Shown: positions 1 through 7,775 of the stretch, in pieces
Numbering within the stretch: the stretch's first letter is position 1
How the letters are laid out: the number at the start of each line of letters is the position of its first letter
DNA from: Pyrobaculum aerophilum str. IM2
GTDB taxonomy: Archaea > Thermoproteota > Thermoprotei > Thermoproteales > Thermoproteaceae
DNA length: 32,000 bases
NCBI RefSeq assembly: GCF_000007225.1
Contig: NC_003364.1
Location: 1,830,001-1,862,000 of the forward strand
Direction: 5' to 3'
Notes under the pieces: generated by a model
What the model saw: only the letters and a program-made list of their open reading frames with translations
Database searches by the model: none
Told to the model about the DNA's origin: nothing
Program-made: the position numbers and the translations under genes

Positions 1-6
1 GGCAGA

Positions 7-282
7 ATGGACTTAGCCAAGGCGGCGGCCCACCTCTATTTACACATGAGGGATTTAGAGCGGGGCTACACCTACGACCACGAGTGTAAACGCATTAAAA
101 TGACCCCCGAGCTCTTCGAGGCCCGGTCTAAATTTTTAGTAAAGCTTTGTAGAGAGCAAGGCGGCTCTGACTGCGACGAGATTGAGCGGCTTGTGAACTA
201 CGTTTTAAAGAGATTTGAGCTGCCTCAGTGGGCCTTGGAGCTCGCGAACAAAAAAATTGTTAAAATATCCCGGCTTTTCTAA
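7..282 (+). CDS. Hypothetical small protein. The frame stays open to the left window edge, so it may be 5'-truncated.
   Basis: 91-aa ORF from the track. I recognise no family motif. It lies on the same strand as, and immediately upstream of, the next small ORF. Confidence 0.35.
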   Translation: MDLAKAAAHLYLHMRDLERGYTYDHECKRIKMTPELFEARSKFLVKLCREQGGSDCDEIERLVNYVLKRFELPQWALELANKKIVKISRLF

Positions 283-285
283 AAA

Positions 286-293
286 CTTATATA
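286..293 (+). promoter_or_regulatory. TATA-like box for the 313..513 ORF
   Basis: CTTATATA is centred about 24 nt upstream of the ATG at 313. The same spacing recurs at most genes in this window, consistent with a leaderless architecture. Confidence 0.45.
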
Positions 294-312
294 CCCCCAA
301 TCCAATGGTCCA

Positions 313-513
313 ATGGGCGAGAGGAAGAAAAACGTTGAGGAAACTCTTCGGAGGCTCCCCGTCGACTTCACAGAGGAGGAGGGCGAGATCGTGGTAAGAG
401 TGGGCAAGGGGAAGAGGCTCCCTGAGTCTCAGTTCAGGGAGACTATAAACGAGTTGAAGAAAATGGGGTTTAAGTTTGACCCCGATACTAAAACTTGGCG
501 GAAGAAGGCCTAA
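313..513 (+). CDS. Hypothetical small basic protein (66 aa)
   Basis: ORF with its own TATA-like box at -24. It is a charged, Lys/Glu-rich sequence ending in KKMGFKFDPDTKTWRKKA. Its 3' end overlaps the convergent asparaginase gene by 4 nt. Confidence 0.5.
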   Translation: MGERKKNVEETLRRLPVDFTEEEGEIVVRVGKGKRLPESQFRETINELKKMGFKFDPDTKTWRKKA

Positions 514-1409
514 AGATCTACGTAAATCTCCCCGCGTTTTCCCCACCCCCTCGCCATTGCCTTTGTGTTATAGGCGTAGGCGGGCCTCCCCTTGGAGTCA
601 ATCCCTATTATCCCAGCCGTATTTGGGCCGTACGACTCAGTCACGAACCCTATCGCCTTCTCTACTGCAACGCCTATATCGCCTGTTTTTATAAGCTCGT
701 CGCGGGCTCTTAACGACAGAGCGGACATAATAATCACCTCCCCCACGCCTGTAGCGCTGAAGGCCCCCACTCCGTTTTCAGCCCAAAACCCAGCCCCCGG
801 TATTGGACTATCGCCTATCCTCCCCGGCCATTTGAGCCAAACGCCCCCAGTGGAGGTAGCCGCTGCTAAATTGCCGTCTCTGTCCAACGCCACGGCGCCG
901 ACAGTATCGCCGAAAAATTCCGCGACTCTCTTATAATGCCAATTGCCCCGCCTCGCCTCTTGCACCACCTCTTGAAACCTCTTGTTTTTCTCCTCTGTGT
1001 AAAATTTATAAGAGGCTTCTAAAAGGCCTGTTTTAGCCGCGAGGAGCCGGGCGCCCTCTCCCGATATAATGACGTGGTCTGTGTTTTCCAACACGTACCT
1101 AGCCAGCCTCACGGCGCTTTTAACACCCTCGACGGCCGCCACGGCTCCCGCTCTTTTAGAGCGCCCGTCCATAACGCCAGCGTCCATATATACTCTGCCG
1201 TCTATGGCGTAGACAGAGCCGTAGCCCGCGTTGAAGAGGCCGCTTTTCTCCATGTACTCCACCGCCGCCACAACTGCATCTAGGGCGCTCCCCCTCTCGG
1301 CCGCGAGAAGGCCCTCGCTAATGGCGGCGGCCAGCGCCTTTTTGACCTCCTGCTTGATGCGCTCTTCTACTCTCCACAGGCCAGCTCCGCCGTGGACCGC
1401 GACAATCAC
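510..1409 (-). CDS. Isoaspartyl peptidase / plant-type L-asparaginase (Ntn hydrolase)
   Basis: N-terminus (M)IVAVHGGAG and the autoprocessing/nucleophile motif GDTVGAVALDRDGNLAAATSTGG are hallmarks of the asparaginase-2 family. The GTG start at 1409 overlaps the rps4 stop as GTGA. Confidence 0.9.
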   Translation of the reverse strand: MIVAVHGGAGLWRVEERIKQEVKKALAAAISEGLLAAERGSALDAVVAAVEYMEKSGLFNAGYGSVYAIDGRVYMDAGVMDGRSKRAGAVAAVEGVKSAVRLARYVLENTDHVIISGEGARLLAAKTGLLEASYKFYTEEKNKRFQEVVQEARRGNWHYKRVAEFFGDTVGAVALDRDGNLAAATSTGGVWLKWPGRIGDSPIPGAGFWAENGVGAFSATGVGEVIIMSALSLRARDELIKTGDIGVAVEKAIGFVTESYGPNTAGIIGIDSKGRPAYAYNTKAMARGWGKRGEIYVDL

Positions 1410-1885
1410 TGTATGAGAGAGATTTTGTCCTCCAGCTCTCGGGGCACTAGAAAGCCGGGCGAGGTGACCCTCCTCCCCGCCACGGCCACGTGGCCGTGTA
1501 CTATTAACTGCCTCGCGTGGTGTATAGACTTGGCGAGGCCCATTCTGTAGACAATTGTCTGAAGCCTCCTCTCTAATATCGCCCTTACGTCAAGCGATAG
1601 TATTCTGTCAAGCTGCACGTTGGGATCCTCTATAAAGCCCATTTTATAAAGCTTCTCTTTAAACGGCATCTCCAGAGGGGCTCTCTCCTCAGCCGTCATG
1701 GAGAGCAAAGAGCGGGCCCGCCTTGTGATCCACTTCAGCCTAGCCCTAGCCAGCCACAGCTCTTTCTTATTCCTCAGGCCGTACTCGCCCATTAGTTGCA
1801 ACTCCTCCAGCAATAACTGCTTGTTCCATATCTTCTTCGGCTTCCCCGCGAGGTATTTCTTCTTAGGCTTTTTCAAACCGCCCAT
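1406..1885 (-). CDS. rps4: 30S ribosomal protein S4 (uS4, S9e-type)
   Basis: The S4 RNA-binding domain (RRLQTIVYRMGLAKSIHHARQLIVHGHVAVAGRRVTSPGFLV) and a basic N-terminus are present. The gene directly follows rps13, as in archaeal operons. Confidence 0.92.
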   Translation of the reverse strand: MGGLKKPKKKYLAGKPKKIWNKQLLLEELQLMGEYGLRNKKELWLARARLKWITRRARSLLSMTAEERAPLEMPFKEKLYKMGFIEDPNVQLDRILSLDVRAILERRLQTIVYRMGLAKSIHHARQLIVHGHVAVAGRRVTSPGFLVPRELEDKISLIQ

Positions 1886-1916
1886 ACCCCCGCTCTTATC
1901 TGACTATTTTATATTT

Positions 1917-2375
1917 TTACTTACCCGCGGCCGCCTTTTTCTTCGTGACACCGGCAGTGGCGCCGAACCTACCAGTTGTGACAGTCCTCTGCCCCCTCAC
2001 CTTAAGCCCAAGCGAGTGGCGAACGCCCTTCCAGCTCTTCAACTTCTTCATTAAATCCACATCTCTCTTTGCCGCCAGCACTAGCTCTGAGCCTATTAAG
2101 TGGAGATCCCTCCCAGTCTCGGGGTCCTTCCTCCTGTTTAAAAACCACGCGGGGGCGAGCTCGTGTAGATTGCGCACAGCCCAGTCTAGTTTGTTAATTT
2201 GATCCTCTGGAAGCGCGCCGAGTATTGCGTGGGGGTCAATGCCCAGTTTCCAACAAATTGCGTAGGCCGAGGCAATGCCTATTCCTCTGATCTTAGCTAA
2301 GGCGTACGCCACTTGTTTATTTCCATCTAGGTCTGTATCCCCAATGCGGACAATGGCGCGTATCTCTTGAGACAC
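1917..2375 (-). CDS. rps13: 30S ribosomal protein S13 (uS13). I prefer the GTG start at 2375; the track ORF extends to 2432.
   Basis: The sequence IVRIGDTDLDGNKQVAYALAKIRGIGIASAYAICWKLGIDPHA is typical of S13. The GTG at 2375 gives MSQEIRAIVRI and lies about 23 nt downstream of the palindromic TATA box TTTATAAA (2395..2402). The longer ORF would overlap the upstream permease by 29 nt. Confidence 0.9.
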   Translation of the reverse strand: MSQEIRAIVRIGDTDLDGNKQVAYALAKIRGIGIASAYAICWKLGIDPHAILGALPEDQINKLDWAVRNLHELAPAWFLNRRKDPETGRDLHLIGSELVLAAKRDVDLMKKLKSWKGVRHSLGLKVRGQRTVTTGRFGATAGVTKKKAAAGK

Positions 2376-2394
2376 AAAAGCCGTGAATGGCGTC

Positions 2395-2402
2395 TTTATA
2401 AA
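2395..2402 (-). promoter_or_regulatory. TATA box for rps13-rps4
   Basis: TTTATAAA lies about 23 nt upstream of the proposed GTG start at 2375. Confidence 0.5.
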
Positions 2403-2403
2403 T

Positions 2404-3819
2404 TTATTGCCTCTTAAGCCTAGGATTGACAATAGGCTCTAATGCGAAAAATACTAAGACAAAACCCACCGCTGTTAAAACTATTAAAAAGCCAGGTGGC
2501 AAAATCCACCACCAAGCGAAGTTTTTCAATGCGCCGTTGTCAAATGCTTGTTGTAAAATCTGTCCCCAAGTTGGAATAGATGGATCGCCAAGACCTAAGA
2601 AGCTTAAGCTAGCTTCTGACAATATGGCACCGGGTACGTTGAAAATCATTAAAGCAAAGGCGTAAGGCAACACAGGAGGTAGTATGTGTTTTCTCATAAT
2701 CCACCAGATGCTAGCGCCAGCGAGTTTGGCAGCCTCAACAAATTGACTTGTCTTAATACTAAGCACCATAGATCTCACAATAATTGTAGTGCTAGCCCAA
2801 CCAAATAGCACTAATACAAATATTATATTAAATATGCTACGCCCCAGCACAAATACGAATAATATCAGCAATGGCAGTATGGGAAGGTTGTTCATAACAT
2901 CTGCAAATCTTTGGATGCCCTCGTCCACCTTACCGCCCATATAACCGCTGAGTATTCCAAGCGATAAGCCTATTAACGTTGCCAAGAGGGCAACTACGCC
3001 CCCTATAAATAATGCCACTGGAAAACCAAAGAGAAGCCCTTGTGCCAAGTCGCGACCTAAGTAATCTGTACCCATGGCGCCGTATACCGCTCCTTGAATA
3101 ACTAAACGTACTAAGCCTATATTATCTCTAGAATCCCCAATCATTTCAACCTCAAAAATGTACTTCCCCTTCAAAGGCCTGAAAGATTCTGCGACGCATT
3201 TGTTAGAAATAGGGTTGCCGAATACTATATATGGCAACAATGCTGCATCTCTAACCTCCGATGTTGTACATGCAACACCTAGCTCTTCCGCAAAAGCAGT
3301 TGCTTTCCTAATAGCCTGCGGCTCTGCGCTGAGGAAAATCGTTCTCGGGTTTTCTATAAATCTTAAATAGGGCGATCTCTCGCCAGGCCTAAGCGGAGGA
3401 ATACCTTCATCATAATCTATTAACACAAGTTCTCTACCATCGGGTCTCTTTACTTTTAGTGAAATTAAAGGTATATCTTTATAATATGTCAAATTTACAT
3501 ATTTAAAAACTATGCCAGTAGGGAATTTATCCGCGTCAAACTCATATTCAAACAACCATCTTTTTATATTCTCAACCTCCTCCGTTGGGGCTGTCTTATC
3601 GTTTACAAAATGTTGCGGTAGTCTGTAAGGGACGAAGTAATTGTACCAAGCAGGCGGAACAAGCTTGGGGTAATCTTCCCAGTACTTGGGGTTAGACCAG
3701 TATCTTGTGCCATAGTCTAGCGGAAATGTAAAAACTACAACTATTGATATTAACGAGAATATAACTAAGATGGCTACGCCGGCAAGCCCCGATGGTGTTT
3801 TGAGAAATTCTCTTATCAT
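2404..3819 (-). CDS. ABC peptide/oligopeptide-type permease (DppC/OppC family) with a large extracytoplasmic insertion
   Basis: The GTDYLGRD motif is followed by a typical binding-protein-dependent transporter membrane domain (FIGGVVALLATLIGLSLGILSGYMGGKVDEGIQRFADVMNNLPILPLLILF). There is a 4-nt overlap with the upstream permease gene. Confidence 0.85.
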   Translation of the reverse strand: MIREFLKTPSGLAGVAILVIFSLISIVVVFTFPLDYGTRYWSNPKYWEDYPKLVPPAWYNYFVPYRLPQHFVNDKTAPTEEVENIKRWLFEYEFDADKFPTGIVFKYVNLTYYKDIPLISLKVKRPDGRELVLIDYDEGIPPLRPGERSPYLRFIENPRTIFLSAEPQAIRKATAFAEELGVACTTSEVRDAALLPYIVFGNPISNKCVAESFRPLKGKYIFEVEMIGDSRDNIGLVRLVIQGAVYGAMGTDYLGRDLAQGLLFGFPVALFIGGVVALLATLIGLSLGILSGYMGGKVDEGIQRFADVMNNLPILPLLILFVFVLGRSIFNIIFVLVLFGWASTTIIVRSMVLSIKTSQFVEAAKLAGASIWWIMRKHILPPVLPYAFALMIFNVPGAILSEASLSFLGLGDPSIPTWGQILQQAFDNGALKNFAWWWILPPGFLIVLTAVGFVLVFFALEPIVNPRLKRQ

Positions 3820-4886
3820 GCTAACCTAATACGTGGATCTACTATCACATATAAAACTTCAAGTACGAACCTAGCGACTATATATACAAGTGTAAAGACA
3901 TATGTAAGTGCGAATATCACAGGTTCGTCTAAGGCAGTTATTGCTGAGTAGTACAAGGCGCCCATCCCAGGCCAGTTAAAAACTCTCTCTGTGATTATAT
4001 ATCCACCAATTGAGTTAGCAAGACTGAGAATTAGACTTGTTAATATAGGCGGCAGAGAGGGGCGGAGAATATACCTTCTCCTTACTAAATTCTCTGGGAG
4101 GCCCTTCGCTCTGGCGAAGTTTACAAAATCTTCTTGTGAAACTGAGAATACGATATTTCTAATGCCGTAAGCCCAGCTGCCGAAAAATACAATAAACGAC
4201 GCAATTAAAGGCAGTGAGAGGTGCCACAACACATCAAGGAAATACGCCAGAGGCTCCTCCGGCGGCGGTGTAGATACCATGCCACCAGGAGGGAATATCT
4301 GAACACCCCATAATATCCTTGGGCCGTAAGCCAGCGTTAAAATGAGAACAAGTCCCACAAACCACAGAGGGAGCGCATATGAAATCGCTGAAAGTACGGA
4401 TATTACTCTATCTGCTCTACTTCCAATATTCGAGCCTATGTACAGACCCAGCCAAATGCCGATGAGGGCCGTAAAAATTATTCCTGTGGTAGTGAGAATT
4501 ATAGTGTTGGGTAACCTATCTAAGATGATGTCAGAGATTTTGTTAGAACCCCACGATGATTGTAATGTTCTCGAAGTGCCTAGATCTAAAACTAACAACC
4601 TATAGATCAATTGTGGCAATCTCTCATACCACGACCTATTGATACCTAATGCGGCAGCCCTCTCCTTCATATACTCCTCAATTGCTTTTTCAACCGCAAC
4701 TGGATCTCTGCCTTGTCTAATAAGCTGTTGTTTATATTCCTGCACCTCCACTGTTAAAATAGATTTTAACATCTTGTCAGAAAGGCCCGTGGCCCCCATG
4801 ATAAAAGCCAGTAAAAGAAGCACGCCTATAAGGACAATTATAAGGGTTAAAGCCTTAATCATAAGCGTTTTTGCTAAAGAAGCCAT
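3816..4886 (-). CDS. ABC peptide/oligopeptide-type permease (DppB/OppB family)
   Basis: It has a multi-TM profile and the conserved region FVNFARAKGLPENLVRRRYILRPSLPPILT, typical of DppB/OppB. It is translationally coupled to the downstream permease. Confidence 0.85.
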   Translation of the reverse strand: MASLAKTLMIKALTLIIVLIGVLLLLAFIMGATGLSDKMLKSILTVEVQEYKQQLIRQGRDPVAVEKAIEEYMKERAAALGINRSWYERLPQLIYRLLVLDLGTSRTLQSSWGSNKISDIILDRLPNTIILTTTGIIFTALIGIWLGLYIGSNIGSRADRVISVLSAISYALPLWFVGLVLILTLAYGPRILWGVQIFPPGGMVSTPPPEEPLAYFLDVLWHLSLPLIASFIVFFGSWAYGIRNIVFSVSQEDFVNFARAKGLPENLVRRRYILRPSLPPILTSLILSLANSIGGYIITERVFNWPGMGALYYSAITALDEPVIFALTYVFTLVYIVARFVLEVLYVIVDPRIRLA

Positions 4887-4935
4887 GGGCGAAAAATAAT
4901 GAAGAGTTTAAAAAATATCTCCAATTTATATAGAT

Positions 4936-7530
4936 CTATCTAGTTTGTGTTCCCTCTCCTCTTCTCCTCCTCAGTGCAAAAGCCAACGCTACTAACACTG
5001 CTATAATACCTATAATACCCGCCGCAAGAGCCTCAGTAGTGCCGGCAGCAGGGGCAACCGTAGTTGTGGTTATTACAGTAGGCTGCGTTGGGCTAGGCGC
5101 TGGCGATGGAGAAGGCGATGGTGAAGGTGTCGGAGTTGGCGCAACAGTCCTGGGGACGAATACTTGTGTAGATTCAGCTACTATTGGCACATTCTCGGTA
5201 TATGCATATATCCAGAATTTGTAGGCCTTATTCGGCGTTAGTTTTGATGCCACATCCGTAGGTATTGAAATTGTAATAGGCGTTGTTGTAGCCGAAGCCT
5301 CGTCTGAAATGTAAACAAACTTGCCAGTTGTTTGATCTATAATACCCCACTTGTAGAATATTCTCCCGGCGCCCTCAGGAACTTCAAGCGATATGGAAAC
5401 CGTGCCAGATTGACCAACGGCGATTGTGGGGATGTTTATCGCCTTTATAGATACCGGAGTTGCCACGCCGAAGTAAAATGCGCCTGGTTTGTAGGGGTAT
5501 GTGGGATCTCTAAATGCTCTTAGCTCAATATACTGATTAGCAGTGTCGATGGCGTATAGGTAGAACGGCCCTTGTGATATTATCATATGGCGATATTGGT
5601 TAAACCAATCTATCGCAGCTCTGTACCTCGCAAGAGCTTCATCTTTAGTAAATAACGTCTTATTGCCTATTTTGAACCAATTCTCTGGGAAGATTACCTG
5701 ATCAAGCGCCTCTTGTAAAACATCGGCTGCCGCCTTGGCGTGATCTCTTAAAATTAGCGATAGCCAAGGCACGTTGTATTTAGTGGCACCGGATCTTGAG
5801 GCGGCGTGAGTCTGTTTTACATATACTAGCTGATCAACGGCGTAATAAACCTCCCACGGCATATCTGGCGTTACAACAGCCCACGAAGCGATGTAGTTCG
5901 GGTCAAAGTGCCAGAAGTCAATATAAACTTCAATAGCCGTATCGTTTAGAATACGGATGCCTTTGATAATCGCCATAGTGCCGTTGACATAAGAGGCAAC
6001 GCCGGACTCTCTGGCAACTTTATTAGGATCATTAGCTATATCCCAGTACCAAGCGTAGATGAACAACACATCGGCGAGTTTAATAGGCTGGCCGTGGTGC
6101 CAATTCGCGCCTATGTATTTGGCGTAGTTAAAGACAACTTTCGACTTGGCTTTTTCGCCGGCGACGCTAACCCAGGCTTTTTGTTTAGCATCCCATCTAT
6201 AAGCATCAGCTGGTAATTCAAAAGCACCATCTGGGCCCTTTGTTTCTACGACGTACGATACTCTATACGGCATTGGCTCACCAGTGAATGGGTGGTTCCA
6301 CATAGCAGGGTCGTAAATCATTCTATACCAATCCACCGAGTATACGTCCGTGAAACCGCCTAGAGGCACCGGGTTCCAAGCGCTTGAGGCAGTCCAGACA
6401 TATCTATGACCAACATACACAACATCTTTACCCGGCACATACCAGTTACGAGCGTTGAAAACAGATGCTCTCAGCCCAGCGCCTAGGTCGTTAGTAACTC
6501 CTTGTAGGTTGGGATTAGCAACATAGGCATTTAAAGTTGTTACAACAAATACTCTAATAGACTCCTCTATACACATTTGAGAAGCCTTTCTATAAAGGTC
6601 AACGTATTCGTTAATAGATTTGAAATTACCTTTATATATCCTGTCTGTTAGTTCATCTATTGTAGCATTTGCGTAGTTATACCATCCCGTTGTTTGCCAA
6701 CCTGGCATATAGCCAAACCAAGATGCGCAGTACTGGGCAATAGAGCTCAAGTCCCATCTAACCAACGCCCCTTTGCCCCAGCCCTCTGTGTAGAAGTGCC
6801 ACTGGAATTCGGCGGGATCTGTACCGTATACTGTTTGTATTGCTACGTCAAATGTTACGTATTTCCTATCTACAGTGAAGCCTAATTGTTCTAAAGCTGA
6901 AGCAAAGGCGTCGCCTATGTCTTTACGCTCGTCTTCCACACGTATGAGTCCAATGATCGTCACAGGCTTCCCTTGGCAGTACCATTTTCCGTCCGGACCT
7001 TTTGTCGCACCAAGCTCCGACATTCTTTGCTCAACTATGGTTCTCGCATAGTCCATGTCATATTTAATGCCAAGCTGGGTAATGATATCTGCTATAATTG
7101 CATATGTGGGATCATATTGTGACAGCCAAGTATACATTGGTACTGCGAAACCTTTGAAAATCTCATTAGCAATGTAATCTCTATCAATTACAAACTGCAT
7201 AGCGAATCTAATATCCCTATCTGCGAATGGATTGAGACAAGACGGATTTGCGGGCGCTGGGTTAAGGATGATGCTGTTGAAACCAGCAGCGGCTGTGTAA
7301 AGCATTACGGTAGGATCGCCTTTTAGCGGCGCGGCAAGAGAAGCCCTCATGCCGAAGATGTACACATCGATATCGCCTGCCTTTACAGCAGAAGCCGCTT
7401 GTTCAATGGGTACTGATTTTCCAATAATTCTATCAGCCGCCGGCCCGGGGTTTGTATGTGGTGGGGTGTACTGCGCTAAAAGCAGTATGTTTAGTATTAG
7501 TATTGCTAATAGAGCTGTTTTTGCCTTCAT
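4936..7530 (-). CDS. ABC substrate-binding protein, family 5 (Dpp/Opp-like), surface-anchored by a C-terminal TM segment. I prefer the start at 7530.
   Basis: The internal start MKAKTALLAILILNILLLAQ is a signal-like segment with a TATA box 26 nt upstream. The body is large and Trp/Tyr-rich, typical of family-5 SBPs. The C-terminus has a Thr/Pro/Ser linker (PTPTPSPSPSPSPAPSP), a hydrophobic helix, and RRRRGEG. Confidence 0.8.
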   Translation of the reverse strand: MKAKTALLAILILNILLLAQYTPPHTNPGPAADRIIGKSVPIEQAASAVKAGDIDVYIFGMRASLAAPLKGDPTVMLYTAAAGFNSIILNPAPANPSCLNPFADRDIRFAMQFVIDRDYIANEIFKGFAVPMYTWLSQYDPTYAIIADIITQLGIKYDMDYARTIVEQRMSELGATKGPDGKWYCQGKPVTIIGLIRVEDERKDIGDAFASALEQLGFTVDRKYVTFDVAIQTVYGTDPAEFQWHFYTEGWGKGALVRWDLSSIAQYCASWFGYMPGWQTTGWYNYANATIDELTDRIYKGNFKSINEYVDLYRKASQMCIEESIRVFVVTTLNAYVANPNLQGVTNDLGAGLRASVFNARNWYVPGKDVVYVGHRYVWTASSAWNPVPLGGFTDVYSVDWYRMIYDPAMWNHPFTGEPMPYRVSYVVETKGPDGAFELPADAYRWDAKQKAWVSVAGEKAKSKVVFNYAKYIGANWHHGQPIKLADVLFIYAWYWDIANDPNKVARESGVASYVNGTMAIIKGIRILNDTAIEVYIDFWHFDPNYIASWAVVTPDMPWEVYYAVDQLVYVKQTHAASRSGATKYNVPWLSLILRDHAKAAADVLQEALDQVIFPENWFKIGNKTLFTKDEALARYRAAIDWFNQYRHMIISQGPFYLYAIDTANQYIELRAFRDPTYPYKPGAFYFGVATPVSIKAINIPTIAVGQSGTVSISLEVPEGAGRIFYKWGIIDQTTGKFVYISDEASATTTPITISIPTDVASKLTPNKAYKFWIYAYTENVPIVAESTQVFVPRTVAPTPTPSPSPSPSPAPSPTQPTVITTTTVAPAAGTTEALAAGIIGIIAVLVALAFALRRRRGEGTQTR

Positions 7531-7534
7531 AAGT

Positions 7535-7549
7535 GTTAAATGATTTAAC
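7535..7549. promoter_or_regulatory. Perfect palindrome GTTAAAT-g-ATTTAAC between the TATA box and the start codon of the SBP gene (candidate operator)
   Basis: A 7-bp inverted repeat with a 1-nt spacer, read directly from the sequence. It lies between TATA (7553..7560) and ATG (7530). Confidence 0.35.
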
Positions 7550-7552
7550 GCC

Positions 7553-7560
7553 TTTTTAAA
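7553..7560 (-). promoter_or_regulatory. TATA box for the Dpp/Opp-like operon
   Basis: The minus strand reads TTTAAAAA, centred about 26 nt upstream of the ATG at 7530. Confidence 0.5.
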
Positions 7561-7724
7561 TTTTCCTCTATTTTGACAATTATAAATACTGTAACTGAAT
7601 AGAGTAGAATAACAGCACCAATAATAAGTAGAAAAAGAGCAAGCAAAACTAGAGTTGGATTTATGCAACTAGCCTCTGTGCAGTGTGACTGTTTGTAAGA
7701 CTGGTCAAGCGAAATAAATAACGC

Positions 7725-7742
7725 AAAAAAGGGAGCAAAAAA
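7725..7742 (-). terminator. Oligo-T terminator tracts downstream of the 7776..8930 gene
   Basis: The minus strand reads GGTTTTTTGCTCCCTTTTTTGCG, two T6 runs 30-50 nt after the stop codon. Archaeal termination commonly uses oligo-T. Confidence 0.45.
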
Positions 7743-7775
7743 CCGAGTATTATTAACGACTTCAACTTATGTGCC

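Noticed and set aside
5060-5150. Short tandem GGCGATGG/GGTGAAGG-like DNA periodicity
   Set aside because: It is the antisense of the codons for the PTPTPSPSPSPSPAPSP linker of the binding protein. It is a coding low-complexity stalk, not a CRISPR array or a satellite repeat.
7531-7668. N-terminal 46-aa extension of the binding-protein ORF in the track (start at 7668). Similar upstream extensions exist at 8931-8951 and 2376-2432.
   Set aside because: The extensions are Cys/Ser/Tyr-rich or otherwise atypical. They would bury the TATA boxes inside coding sequence or overlap the upstream gene. The internal starts give canonical signal peptides or N-termini at leaderless spacing.
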